Source: Candidatus Electrothrix yaqonensis
Lineage (GTDB): Bacteria; Desulfobacterota; Desulfobulbia; Desulfobulbales; Desulfobulbaceae
Reading direction: 5' to 3'
Length of the DNA: 32,000 nt
NCBI GenBank assembly: GCA_047651235.1
Contig: CP178758.1
Span: 2,610,001-2,642,000, forward strand
The notes beneath the pieces are model-generated. The model searched no databases, was not told the origin of the DNA, and worked only from the letters and a program-made list of their open reading frames with translations. The translations under genes were made by a program, and so were the position numbers. Shown here piece after piece: positions 14,751 to 24,691 of the stretch (position 1 is the stretch's first letter; each line of letters begins with the position of its first letter).

Positions 14751-16727
14751 ATGAAACTGAAACCATTCAGCGAGAATACTCTGCTTTGCCTTACTTCCCG
14801 GCTTGACCGGGAGGATAATTTTGTTTTTCTGGAAAGTTCCAGGTTGAGCGAAGAAAATCATCATTCTCTGCTGTTTACCCGACCGTCCTCGTACCTGTAC
14901 TGTCTGCCGGGAGATTCCGCGATAAAATTTCTGGACCGGGCAGACCATCTTCGGGACCAAGGGATGTTTCTTGCCGGATGGCTGGCCTACGAGTTCGGCT
15001 ACCTGCTGGAACCCCGCCTGCACCATTTTCTTGCCCGCAATCGCAATGCCGCATCCGCACCTGCAGAGCAACCGCTGGCCGTACTTGGGGTCTATGATAA
15101 TCCTGTTGTGTTCAATCACAAAACCGGGCAGTTCAGTAGCGGTTCCGGCTGGCCGGAAGGAGAAGCGGAACAGACTGCCTGCACCTGTACCGACCTGAAT
15201 ACAAGCATCTCCGAGCGGGAGTATCTGCAGGCCGTCCGGGCCGTTCAGGAGTATATTCTGGCCGGAGACACGTATCAGGTCAACTTCACCCTGCATGTTG
15301 ATTTCCATTTCCAGGGCTCGATAGCGGCTCTGTACCGCACCCTGCGCCGGAATCAATCCGTCGGCTATAGCGCCTGGATACGCCATAACGGCCGCGATGT
15401 CCTGAGCTTTTCACCGGAGCTGTTTTTTGCAGCCAACGCAGAGCGCGTCCGCGTCAGGCCCATGAAAGGAACCATGTCCAGGGGCAGAACCAATGCGGAA
15501 GACAAAGAGCAGCAGGAAAAACTGCGTTCAGACCCCAAAAACCGGAGCGAAAACGTGATGATCGTTGACCTGCTCCGTAATGATATCGGGCGGCTGCTGT
15601 ATGAGGGAGGGGGCGGCACGGTTGTTCCACGATCGCTTTTTGATGTGGAGACATACGAATCGCTGCTCCAGATGACCTCCGCTGTGGACGGCATTCCCGA
15701 ATGTATTTCTGAACATATACCGGGAAATAATCAGGATAAATCGGACAGCTCAAACTCTCCGCTGTCCTTCAGACGGCTTGTCGAAACCCTGTTCCCCTGC
15801 GGCTCTGTCACCGGTGCCCCGAAAATCCGGACTATGGAGATTATTCACGAACTGGAGCAGCAGCCCAGGGGCGTGTACTGCGGGGCAATCGGCTACACAA
15901 GCCGGGAAAAAAGCTACTTCAATGTCCCCATCCGCACCCTGGAGCTGCACAACGGCCAAGGCAGGATGGGGGTCGGGTCCGGTATTGTGGCGGATTCCGT
16001 GCCTGAGGCGGAATGGGAGGAATGCCTGCTCAAAGGCAATTTTCTCACCAGCAGCGAACCTGATTTCCAGCTCATCGAAACCATGCTCTGGCGACCGGAT
16101 CAGGGCTTTTTCCTGCTGGACTATCACCTCGAACGTCTGCAGGACTCTGCCGCCTATTTCCATTTTTTCTGTGAGCCGGATGCAATCCGTCTGCATCTGG
16201 AACAGAAGGTGCAAAAGCTCAAGGGAGATCAGGGAGAGCAGCAGCAATGGCGCATCCGCCTGCTCCTGCACCGGGACGGCAGGATAGAAACAAGTGCGGT
16301 GCCGCTCCCCTCCCCTGCCCCAGTCTCCGGCAAAGTCATTTTTTCTGAACACCAAGTGGATGCGGCCTCCCCTCACCGGTTTCATAAAACAACCCGGCGC
16401 GAGCTGTACAACCGGGAATACGCCGCAGCAGCGGAACAGGAATATTTTGATATTCTGTTCACCAATACCGAGGGGCAGGTCACCGAGGGCGCTGTCTCCA
16501 ATATTTTCGTTGCCCGGCAGGACGATGATGTATTGCTGACCCCGCCGGTCAGCTGCGGCCTTCTGGCCGGAACCTACCGCCGTATGCTGCTTGAACAGGG
16601 CAAAGCAATCGAACAGGCGCTGACGGTTGAAGATGTGCTGCAGGCACACCGCCTCTATGCGGCCAACTCAGTGCGTGGTCTTGTCCGGGTATATCCGGAG
16701 CAAAATTCTGTAAATTCCGCGCAGTGA
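14751..16727 (+). CDS. pabB: Fused aminodeoxychorismate synthase component I / aminodeoxychorismate lyase (PabB-PabC)
   Basis: Chorismate-binding motifs are SPELFF, RPMKGT, DPKNRSENVMIVDLLRND and LFPCGSVTGAPKIRTMEII...RGVYCGAIGY. A C-terminal class-IV aminotransferase-like domain follows (FQLIETMLW...LLDYHLERL...TEGAVSNIF...GLLAGTYR). The start at MKLKPFSEN was chosen from family N-termini and is uncertain, since there is no clear SD. The track ORF begins at 14502. Confidence 0.8.
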   Translation: MKLKPFSENTLLCLTSRLDREDNFVFLESSRLSEENHHSLLFTRPSSYLYCLPGDSAIKFLDRADHLRDQGMFLAGWLAYEFGYLLEPRLHHFLARNRNAASAPAEQPLAVLGVYDNPVVFNHKTGQFSSGSGWPEGEAEQTACTCTDLNTSISEREYLQAVRAVQEYILAGDTYQVNFTLHVDFHFQGSIAALYRTLRRNQSVGYSAWIRHNGRDVLSFSPELFFAANAERVRVRPMKGTMSRGRTNAEDKEQQEKLRSDPKNRSENVMIVDLLRNDIGRLLYEGGGGTVVPRSLFDVETYESLLQMTSAVDGIPECISEHIPGNNQDKSDSSNSPLSFRRLVETLFPCGSVTGAPKIRTMEIIHELEQQPRGVYCGAIGYTSREKSYFNVPIRTLELHNGQGRMGVGSGIVADSVPEAEWEECLLKGNFLTSSEPDFQLIETMLWRPDQGFFLLDYHLERLQDSAAYFHFFCEPDAIRLHLEQKVQKLKGDQGEQQQWRIRLLLHRDGRIETSAVPLPSPAPVSGKVIFSEHQVDAASPHRFHKTTRRELYNREYAAAAEQEYFDILFTNTEGQVTEGAVSNIFVARQDDDVLLTPPVSCGLLAGTYRRMLLEQGKAIEQALTVEDVLQAHRLYAANSVRGLVRVYPEQNSVNSAQ

Positions 16728-16940
16728 TTGTAAACCGGCTGTTCAGAGGCTTCAATCAACAACTGAAGAACTTGAAGAACTAATTCTCCCACCTTTTTAG
16801 TGGTAATTCACGGCCTCAACGTTTACTATTCAGCTGTTCAGGTCAACGGGGTATGAACATGAATACCAGTCGGACAGTCGGCAGCCCCCCTGATGCCGGA
16901 AACAGAAACAATCTGCCTGTCCCGGAGTACAACTAAATGA

Positions 16941-16967
16941 CCGTATGCTGAATAATTCAGCATACGG
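16941..16967. promoter_or_regulatory. Perfect 13-bp inverted repeat with 1-nt centre: CCGTATGCTGAAT-A-ATTCAGCATACGG
   Basis: I verified exact reverse-complement symmetry by hand. It ends 17 nt before the proposed kinase start. No T-tract follows, so it is more likely an operator than a terminator. Confidence 0.5.
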
Positions 16968-16983
16968 ATGTGATATTGAAGAT

Positions 16984-18453
16984 ATGAACGAAGAAGTAAC
17001 GCAGCAGAAAAAATACGATCTCAGCGGGGTACAGCCTTTTGCGCTGGTAAAGTACTTTTCCTTCACCTCGCTGTCCGTTATCCTGCTGGCCTCCTTTGTG
17101 CTCACCTGGAGTTTTTCCGATAATGCCCGGAAAACCATGCTGGAACGCAGCGAAAGCTATTCCCGCATGTTTGCCGAGAGCCTGAACCGTCAGGTCTTCA
17201 ACCGCTTTGTTATGCCTACCGTGATCCTGTACGGACGTATCGCCATGTCGGATCCGGTCCAATTTGAACAGCTGGATAAAATTGTCCTGAATATCACCAG
17301 GGGAATGAATATTGAATCTGTCACCATTTTTGATTCCAGGGAAAATATTATTTCCTACTCCACTGAAGCAGCTCTGGTCGGCAAAAAAGGCATCGGCGGC
17401 AGTGAATATCGGCAGGCTCTGGAGGGAAAGACCTCTTCCGTGCTGACCTCCGACGGATCAATACTCAGCCTGCTGCCCGGGGCTTCACCTGTCTTCTGCA
17501 CCCTGAGCACCTATGTTCCCTTCCGTCAGGAACGAAGGCCCGGTGACCGTTCAGGAGAAATCATGGGTGTGATTCTGGTGGTAAAGGATCTGTCCGAAGA
17601 TCTGGAGGCGGTTATCTCCCTGCAGTTCCGGGTGCTGCTGCTCTCCCTTGCTGTCATGGGAGCTTTGTTTGCCGTGCTGAGCGCCATTGTGATCCGGGCC
17701 AACCGGATTATGCAGGCACGGGCCGAGGAACGGCGGCAGCTGGAAAAAGAACTGCACGAAGCCCAGCGGCTTGCCACGCTGGGAAAGATGATCGCCTCAG
17801 TCTCGCATGAAATCAAAAATCCCCTGGGCATTGTCCGTTCCACAGCTGAGATGCTCGGCAGACGGCTCTCCAAGGTGGCTCCCGGAAATGAACATCTGTC
17901 CAAAATTATTGTTGACGAGACGTCCCGGCTGGACGGTATTGTCCGCGAGTTTCTTGACTTTGCCCGCCCGAAAAAACCGGCCAAAAATACCCTCTCCCTG
18001 AACAGCCTTGTTGAACGCCTGGCTCTGTTTATGAATGTCGAATTCAGCGACAAGCATATTGAGCTGGTGGAGAAACTTGATCCTGCCCTACCGGAGTGTC
18101 CCATGGACGGCGACCAGATGTATCAGGTGCTGCTCAATATAGTGTTCAACGCCATCCACGCCATGTCTGCCATGTCTGCCATGTCTGAGGGCGGCGGCAC
18201 TCTGACAATCCGTACCTCAACAGTCTCCGACGGAGTTGCCATTGCAATTACCGATACCGGAACAGGGATGCCCGAAGAAAAGCTGCAGCAAATTTTTATT
18301 CCGTTTTTTACCGATAAAAACCGGGGCACCGGTCTCGGATTGGCCATTACCAAAAACATCGTTGAACAGCATGGAGGTAAAATTTCTGTGCAGAGCCAAG
18401 AGGGAGAAGGAACAACCTTCACCGTCATGCTCCCCTGTAATGGACAGGGGTAA
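16984..18453 (+). CDS. Sensor histidine kinase (two TM segments flanking a ~190-aa periplasmic domain; HisKA + HATPase_c)
   Basis: Kinase motifs are the H-box SVSHEIKNPL, N-box LLNIVFNAIHAM, G1 DTGTGM and G2 GTGLGLAITK. The start at MNEEVTQQKK lies downstream of the palindrome; the track start at 16945 lies inside it. No adjacent response regulator is present. Confidence 0.8.
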   Translation: MNEEVTQQKKYDLSGVQPFALVKYFSFTSLSVILLASFVLTWSFSDNARKTMLERSESYSRMFAESLNRQVFNRFVMPTVILYGRIAMSDPVQFEQLDKIVLNITRGMNIESVTIFDSRENIISYSTEAALVGKKGIGGSEYRQALEGKTSSVLTSDGSILSLLPGASPVFCTLSTYVPFRQERRPGDRSGEIMGVILVVKDLSEDLEAVISLQFRVLLLSLAVMGALFAVLSAIVIRANRIMQARAEERRQLEKELHEAQRLATLGKMIASVSHEIKNPLGIVRSTAEMLGRRLSKVAPGNEHLSKIIVDETSRLDGIVREFLDFARPKKPAKNTLSLNSLVERLALFMNVEFSDKHIELVEKLDPALPECPMDGDQMYQVLLNIVFNAIHAMSAMSAMSEGGGTLTIRTSTVSDGVAIAITDTGTGMPEEKLQQIFIPFFTDKNRGTGLGLAITKNIVEQHGGKISVQSQEGEGTTFTVMLPCNGQG

Positions 18454-18618
18454 AAAATGTTCTCATGTTCTGCCGGTCCCGGTGCAGAAAATATATTATG
18501 CGAAAGGGCTGTTGACGCATGTATTCATATGTTGTAAGCCTTATTTCTTGTTTCTTTATTTCTCAGAATACACCACTGCCGCAACCTGTTGCGCACAATC
18601 AATCATATATTTATATTT

Positions 18619-20544
18619 ATGGAATTTAATAACCACAAAGGAACAGCCGCTCCTGCAAGCTGGCTCGGAGATCTTGACAGATATCTGTTCAGTGAAGGGA
18701 CGCACGAACGTGCCTATGAAAAACTTGGAGCTCACCTGATTTCCTTTGACGGACAGCAGGGGGTGGCCTTTTCCGTCTGGGCGCCCAATGCGCAGCAGGT
18801 CAGCGTGATCGGTGATTTCAACGGCTGGGATGTGGATGCCTGCCCTATGCAGCCGAGCAGCTCCGGGATCTGGACAGTCTTTGTCCCCGGACTGCAGGAA
18901 TATGCCGTATACAAATACCGGATAACCGCCAAAAACAATGAGCAGTTCGACAAATCCGATCCATACGGTTTTGCCATGGAGCTGCGCCCGAATACCGGTT
19001 CGGTTGTCGCTGATCTTGACCGCTATCAATGGGAAGATGATGACTGGGTCAGCAATCGCGCAGCACACCAGGCCCTGGACCGTCCGATCTCCGTTTACGA
19101 AGTGCATCTCGCCTCTTGGCGCAGAGAAGCAGACGAGAAATGGGGGAGCCGCTATCTTACCTATCGTGAGCTTGCCGAAACCCTGATTCCCTATGTCCTG
19201 GAAATGGGCTACACCCATATTGAGCTGTTGCCTGTGGCCGAACACCCTTTTGACGGATCCTGGGGGTATCAGGTTCTCGGTTTCTTCGCCCCGACCAGCC
19301 GGTTCGGCACACCGCAGGATTTCATGTACTTTGTTGACCAATGCCACCAAAATAATATCGGGGTGCTCCTCGACTGGGTGCCGGCCCATTTTCCCAAAGA
19401 CGGGGCCGGGCTCAACTATTTCGACGGCACGCATCTGTATGCCCATGCAGATCCCCGCCAGGGCGAGCATCAGGACTGGGGCACTATGATCTTCAACTAC
19501 GGGAGAAATGAGGTACGCTCTTTCCTGATTTCCAATGCCCTGTTCTGGATTGACAAATATCATATTGACGGTCTGCGGGTGGATGCGGTGGCCTCAATGC
19601 TCTATCTGGACTACTCCCGTGAAGAAGGACAGTGGGTACCCAATGAGCACGGCGGACGGGAAAATCTGGCAGCTATCAGTTTTCTGCGCAAGGCCAATGA
19701 GGTGGTGCACGGCGTGTATCCGGGGGTGCTCACCATTGCCGAGGAATCGACCTCCTGGCCTATGGTCTCCCGCCCCACCTGGTTAGGCGGTCTCGGTTTC
19801 AGCCTGAAATGGAACATGGGCTGGATGCACGACACCCTCAGCTATATGCAGCATAACCCGATTCACCGCCGGTATCATCATAATGAAATGACCTTCGGGA
19901 TGCTGTATGCGTTTCAGGAAAATTTCACCCTGCCCATCTCCCATGACGAAGTGGTGCACGGCAAAGGCTCGCTGCTCAACAAGATGGCCGGTGACGAGTG
20001 GCAGAAATTCGCCTCGCTGCGGAGCTATCTGGGGTTCATGTGGAGTTATTCCGGCAAAAAATTGCTTTTTATGGGCTGCGACTTCGGGCAGTGGCAGGAA
20101 TGGAACTATGACAGGGGGCTGGAATGGGATGCCCTGAAGGCCGGGACGCATCAGGGAGTACAGCGTTATGTCGCCGACCTGAATCGGATATACAGAAACG
20201 AACCTGCTCTGTATGAAAATGATCATGACTGGGCCGGTTTTTCCTGGATTAATGCCAATGATTCGGACAACTCTGTCTTCTCCTTTATCCGCAGGGCAAA
20301 AAAAACTGATGACTTTCTTGTTGTAATCTGTAATTTTACACCGGTAATACGGGAAAATTACTGCATCGGCGTTCCGCAGAGCGGCGGATACAGAGAAATC
20401 ATCAACAGTGACCGTGCTGTATATCAGGGCAGTGACGTGTATAATGACGAGCTGCAGGCAGTTGCCGGAGAGGCCTACGGCATGGACAACACTCTTGCTC
20501 TTACTCTTCCCCCTCTGGCGACTCTGATTCTCAAACCGGTATGA
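18619..20544 (+). CDS. glgB: 1,4-alpha-glucan branching enzyme
   Basis: The N-terminus reads [17 protein letters not shown]...[13 protein letters not shown]13 catalytic regions are [53 protein letters not shown] and [10 protein letters not shown]. Confidence 0.9.
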   Translation: MEFNNHKGTAAPASWLGDLDRYLFSEGTHERAYEKLGAHLISFDGQQGVAFSVWAPNAQQVSVIGDFNGWDVDACPMQPSSSGIWTVFVPGLQEYAVYKYRITAKNNEQFDKSDPYGFAMELRPNTGSVVADLDRYQWEDDDWVSNRAAHQALDRPISVYEVHLASWRREADEKWGSRYLTYRELAETLIPYVLEMGYTHIELLPVAEHPFDGSWGYQVLGFFAPTSRFGTPQDFMYFVDQCHQNNIGVLLDWVPAHFPKDGAGLNYFDGTHLYAHADPRQGEHQDWGTMIFNYGRNEVRSFLISNALFWIDKYHIDGLRVDAVASMLYLDYSREEGQWVPNEHGGRENLAAISFLRKANEVVHGVYPGVLTIAEESTSWPMVSRPTWLGGLGFSLKWNMGWMHDTLSYMQHNPIHRRYHHNEMTFGMLYAFQENFTLPISHDEVVHGKGSLLNKMAGDEWQKFASLRSYLGFMWSYSGKKLLFMGCDFGQWQEWNYDRGLEWDALKAGTHQGVQRYVADLNRIYRNEPALYENDHDWAGFSWINANDSDNSVFSFIRRAKKTDDFLVVICNFTPVIRENYCIGVPQSGGYREIINSDRAVYQGSDVYNDELQAVAGEAYGMDNTLALTLPPLATLILKPV

Positions 20545-20603
20545 CGCTGTAATTTCCTCCCGTCACTTTTTACTGCATTTTATGCAGTTACTGCGGAAAG
20601 TTC

Positions 20604-20640
20604 TCCTCCTTCCGGGAGGAATTATTTGTTATTTGTTTTT
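20604..20640 (+). terminator. Candidate intrinsic terminator after glgB
   Basis: A TCCTCC-ttccg-GGAGGA hairpin (20604-20620) is followed by the T-rich stretch ATTATTTGTTATTTGTTTTT. The stem is short. Confidence 0.35.
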
Positions 20641-20666
20641 ATACAAACGAACCAATAGGCTCCGAT

Positions 20667-23600
20667 ATGAAATTTACGCAAAAAATAACGCCACGTACAG
20701 CTCTCCTGATCGCAGTCGGTATTCTGGTATATATTGCTCTTGCAGGCTATCATGGCAGCATAAAGAAACAACATGACCTCCAAAAAGAGGAAATACAGCA
20801 GCAACAGCAGCAGGAAAAAATGACCCGGCTGCAGCAGGAGGTGGATGCCTATAAACAGAAAATTGCCGAAGTACGGGATAATGAGCGCCATCTGCGCTCA
20901 GAACTGACCATGCTGCAGGAGGAGGCGACAGAAAATACCGAGGCTCAGGCTCAACAGGCGGAGACCGGAGAGCAGCGCGATACAGTTGCTCAGGAGCAGC
21001 TCATCAATGCCGAGAAAAAAATCAGAGAGCTGCAGGAACAGCTGAACAAAGCAGAAGAGAGGCACGCTGCGCAGCGTGCTGAGCAAAACTCTGCAACCGG
21101 ACGTCTTCAGGAAAAATTACAGGCACAGAAGAAGGAACTTCAACAGCAGCAAAAAGAACTGGCGGAAATAGAGCAGCGCAACCAGCTTGCCCGGGAAACA
21201 TGGAAGAAAGAAGAACAGGAACTTGCACAATTAAAAGAGGTGATCCAACAGAAGAACAAACTGCTCACCCAGGCTCAGCAGGAACGCAACAAGACAATTC
21301 AGACAATACAGAAGCTGGAACATTCGGAACAAAAATATAGCGAAAAGCTGAAAGAAGCAATGCAGCGTATTGCTGACGCTGATAAACGTGCCGCTCTTGC
21401 TGAAAAACATATTGTTGAGCTGACAGCTGATCTGGAGCAGACCACTGCCCGGCTTGCCGAGGCAACCACCGAAGTTTCGGTGATGCAAGAGAAGGCCCGG
21501 AAGGCTGAGCTCAAAATGGAAGCCATGCTGCAGTACGGCAAAGAAAAAGACCGGATGCTCGCTCCGGCTGAACAGAAAGCCGCAACCTTGGAAAAACAGC
21601 TCAGCGCACAGCAGGAGCAGGTCAAACAGCTTACAGCCCAGCTCACTGCAGCCCGAAAAGAACTGCGGGCTGCCCTCGACGAACGACATGCCCTGACAGC
21701 CAAAATCAAGAATCTGAATAAAACCGGTACAGCGCAACAAAACAAAATTTCCGCACTGACCGAAAAACTGAAAAAGGCTGTTCAGCAACAGGAGCAAAAG
21801 AAGGCGACCCTGGAGCAGGTGCAGGCTCAGCTGGCCCAAACCACGCAGCAGCTTGATAAAGTCAGCGCGGAACGGCAGCAGCTCAAAGAGAACGTCGCGC
21901 ACTTTATGAAAAAACTGCAGACTGCCGTCAAGGAGCAGGAGCAGAAAAAGGCGGCCCTGGAGCAGGTGCGGGCTCAGCTGGCCCAGACCACGCAGCAGCT
22001 TGATAAAGCCAGCGCGGAACGGCAGCAGTTCAAAGAGAACGTCGCGCACCTTATGGAAAAACTGCAGACTGCCGCCAAGGAGCAGGAGCAAAAGAAGGCG
22101 GCCCTGGAGCAGGTGCAGGCTCAGCTGGCCCAAACCACGCAGCAGCTTGATAAAATCAGCGCAGAACGGCAGCAGCTCAAAAATGAGACAGAAAAACTCT
22201 CCGTCCTGATTGCGGAAAAAGGAACCAGGATGGGAGAACAGGAAAGGCTCTACAGTAACGCGGCAGAAAAAATTAAAACACTGGAAGATTCTCTGAAAAA
22301 AGCCGGGCTCAAAATAGAGGCCCTGCTGCAGTACGGCAAAGAGAAAGAGCGCATGCTGGCGCCCTCGCAACAGCAGATTGCTGCCCTGCAGGACCAGCTC
22401 AGAAAAAAAGAGGAACAGCTCGCAGCAGCAGAACAGAAACTTACTGAGGCGAGAGCAAACGGCAAAGATCTGGTCAATCAGGTTACAAGCCTGACTGAAT
22501 CTGCCGCTGTACGGGATCAGGAAGCTGAAGAACTCTACAAGGAACTTGACGAATCGGCTGCGAATGTTACCCGGCTCGAGCAGGAACTCGCTGAAACGAA
22601 AACAGCTCTGGAAACTGCTCAGGGCGAGCTTGCCGCTGTCCGGGAACAGGCGCAATTGCTGGAGCAGCAACTGCAGGGCAAGGACGAAGAACTGACAGTC
22701 GTCAGAGCTGAAAACGAAAAATTTGCCGTAGAAATTGCAGAAAAGGCGGCTCTGAACGAAGAGCTGCAGAAGAAACAGGAGGCCTTGGCCGCAGAACTTG
22801 AAGCGGCAAAGAAACAACAGGCAGAAGCTGCTGAGCAGCTCAAGGCAAAGATCGAGAAACTGAATGCAGCAACGGCAGCCGTCGAAGAGGCGAAGAATGC
22901 AGCGGCAGCGGCGCAGGAAAAAATAATATCCTTGGCAGGACAGATTGAGGAGGAAAAGTCCGCACTTGCAGCTTCACAGGAGGAGGCAACTGCTCTGAAA
23001 GCACAGGTTGCTGACCTTCTTCCGGTACAGGAACAGATGCAGAAGGCAAAGGAACAGGTGGAAATGCTGGAAGCCGAGCTGGAGAATGCCCGGAACCTGA
23101 AAGAACAGCTGGTAACGGTACAGGAAAAGGCCGCAGCTCAGGAAAAACAGCTTGCCGATCTGCAGGCAGAAGCACAGCAGCTTACCGCAGCTCAGGAGCA
23201 GATTGCAGCCCTGAAAAAAGAACTGGACGAAGTCCGTGCACAGGCGGACCAGAAAGCCGCGGAACAGGAAAAACAACTTGCTGAACTGCAGGCAGAAGCA
23301 GAACAGCTTGCTGCGGAACAGGAAAAAACAGCAGCGCTGCAGGCCCAGTTGACCGAACTGCAGGGTAAAGCAGAGCAGGTTACTGCAGCTCAGGAACAAG
23401 TTGCAGCCCTAAAAAAGGAACTGAGCGAAGCCAGTACACAGGCTGAGCAGCTCAACGCTGAACAGGAAGAGGCTGCTGCGTTGCAATCCCAGGTTGCCGA
23501 ACTGGAAAAAAATACTCAGCAGCTTGCCGAAGCCAAAGAGAAAATTACTGCTTTGGAAGAAAAGCTGCAGGCGGCACAGGCGAAAGCAGATGAACTCGCT

Positions 23601-24443
23601 GCGGCTGCAGAGCAGAAAGATTCCTTGGCAAAACAGCTTGAGCTGGTGCAGATGAATCTGCAGGCACGACAGAAAAAGTATGCTGAATTGAAAATAAAAC
23701 TGCAGGAGAAAAAAGCTGCAGTGCAGCGGCTGCAAGAAGAGGCGGCTGGCAAAGCAGCTTCTCTTGAAGAAAAACTGAAGCCCCTGGAAAAAGAGCTTCA
23801 GACCACAAAGGCTGAACTGGCGGAGAAAGCTGAAGCAGTTGCTCAGGCGGAGAAACAGCTGCAGGAGCAGAACGGAGCCTCTGCAGAAACCGATGAACTG
23901 CGCAAAAACGCTGAACAGCTGACTGAAGAACTTACAGCCGTCAAAGAGGAACTGATTACTCTGCAGGAGAAGAATGCTGAATTACAGGAGGAGATCGACC
24001 GGCTGAAGGAGCAGCTGAACCAGCAGCAAAATCAGAATGTTCAGCAGGATGTCCGGCAGGAAGCCACCCTTGATGCTGACCAGGACGGTGAAGTGGACAG
24101 CACCATTGTCCTCTCCGGTGTTAACTTCACCCTTGGTACGGCCGAACTGACTAAACAGGCTGTCACTTCCTTGAAAACAACAGCCTCTCTGATCAAACAG
24201 CATGCACCTGATCAACGGTTTGAAGTTGCAGGCTATACGGACAGTCAGGGGAGTCCGGAGAGAAATCAGAAAATCTCAGAACAACGGGCCAATACTGTCC
24301 GTGATTTTCTGATCAACGAAGGCATACCAAAGAAACTGCTGATCAGCAAAGGGTATGGGCAGGAAAATCCCATTGCGGATAACAGCACCCGGGAGGGACG
24401 GGCCAGGAACCGTCGGGTTGAGCTGCATCAGATCACAGATTAA
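20667..24443 (+). CDS. Membrane-anchored giant coiled-coil protein with C-terminal OmpA-like peptidoglycan-binding domain (1258 aa)
   Basis: The N-terminus MKFTQKITPRTALLIAVGILVYIALAGY is a signal-anchor. About 1100 residues rich in Q/E/A/K/L with heptad character follow. The C-terminus VNFTLGTAELT...FEVAGYTDSQGSPERNQKISEQRANTVRDFL...GYGQENPIADNSTREGRARNRRVEL is an OmpA_C-like domain. Confidence 0.85.
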   Translation: MKFTQKITPRTALLIAVGILVYIALAGYHGSIKKQHDLQKEEIQQQQQQEKMTRLQQEVDAYKQKIAEVRDNERHLRSELTMLQEEATENTEAQAQQAETGEQRDTVAQEQLINAEKKIRELQEQLNKAEERHAAQRAEQNSATGRLQEKLQAQKKELQQQQKELAEIEQRNQLARETWKKEEQELAQLKEVIQQKNKLLTQAQQERNKTIQTIQKLEHSEQKYSEKLKEAMQRIADADKRAALAEKHIVELTADLEQTTARLAEATTEVSVMQEKARKAELKMEAMLQYGKEKDRMLAPAEQKAATLEKQLSAQQEQVKQLTAQLTAARKELRAALDERHALTAKIKNLNKTGTAQQNKISALTEKLKKAVQQQEQKKATLEQVQAQLAQTTQQLDKVSAERQQLKENVAHFMKKLQTAVKEQEQKKAALEQVRAQLAQTTQQLDKASAERQQFKENVAHLMEKLQTAAKEQEQKKAALEQVQAQLAQTTQQLDKISAERQQLKNETEKLSVLIAEKGTRMGEQERLYSNAAEKIKTLEDSLKKAGLKIEALLQYGKEKERMLAPSQQQIAALQDQLRKKEEQLAAAEQKLTEARANGKDLVNQVTSLTESAAVRDQEAEELYKELDESAANVTRLEQELAETKTALETAQGELAAVREQAQLLEQQLQGKDEELTVVRAENEKFAVEIAEKAALNEELQKKQEALAAELEAAKKQQAEAAEQLKAKIEKLNAATAAVEEAKNAAAAAQEKIISLAGQIEEEKSALAASQEEATALKAQVADLLPVQEQMQKAKEQVEMLEAELENARNLKEQLVTVQEKAAAQEKQLADLQAEAQQLTAAQEQIAALKKELDEVRAQADQKAAEQEKQLAELQAEAEQLAAEQEKTAALQAQLTELQGKAEQVTAAQEQVAALKKELSEASTQAEQLNAEQEEAAALQSQVAELEKNTQQLAEAKEKITALEEKLQAAQAKADELAAAAEQKDSLAKQLELVQMNLQARQKKYAELKIKLQEKKAAVQRLQEEAAGKAASLEEKLKPLEKELQTTKAELAEKAEAVAQAEKQLQEQNGASAETDELRKNAEQLTEELTAVKEELITLQEKNAELQEEIDRLKEQLNQQQNQNVQQDVRQEATLDADQDGEVDSTIVLSGVNFTLGTAELTKQAVTSLKTTASLIKQHAPDQRFEVAGYTDSQGSPERNQKISEQRANTVRDFLINEGIPKKLLISKGYGQENPIADNSTREGRARNRRVELHQITD
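21768..22185 (+). repeat. Three tandem 147-bp (49-aa) coding repeats inside the coiled-coil gene
   Basis: Units start at 21768, 21915 and 22062, an exact 147-bp period. The unit is LQTAxKEQEQKKAALEQVxAQLAQTTQQLDKxSAERQQxKENVAHxMxK. Confidence 0.85.
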
Positions 24444-24657
24444 TCTCACCTCAGCTTTCCATTTCCTGTCGGGGGATGAAAAAAAGAGCTGTCCCGGCAG
24501 GAATCATATCACATGCCCGGAATAGCATTTTTTTTCGGGATTTCGATTTACATGTATATGGATGGCGTTCCCCATTGTCGCGGAGTGTATGGAGATTACC
24601 CGGCCCGGTATCAACGTAAATCCGGTCTATATGCATGTCTCATAGCGTTATTTCGGT

Positions 24658-24691
24658 GCCCCTTGCCCCGCGTGGGTGCGAGGCAGGGGGC
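24658..24691. other. GC-rich 14-bp-stem hairpin between convergent genes
   Basis: The structure is GCCCCTTGCCCCGC-gtgggt-GCGAGGCAGGGGGC, with one G-U pair and one mismatch. No flanking T/A tract is present on either strand. Confidence 0.3.

Noticed and set aside
18454-18618. Sigma70-type promoter for glgB (TTGACG at 18512)
   Set aside because: The best -10 candidates at 16-17 nt spacing (GTAAGC, TAAGCC) are poor, so the call is too weak to report as a feature.
18556-19563. 335-aa minus-strand ORF inside glgB
   Set aside because: The plus frame carries the canonical GH13 branching-enzyme motifs. The antisense frame has none.
21231-22817. 528-aa minus-strand ORF (Leu/Phe/Ser/Cys-rich), and other antisense ORFs across 20898-24215
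   Set aside because: These arise from reverse-complementing GAA/CAG/AAG-rich coiled-coil codons, which rarely produces stops. They have no SD or motifs.
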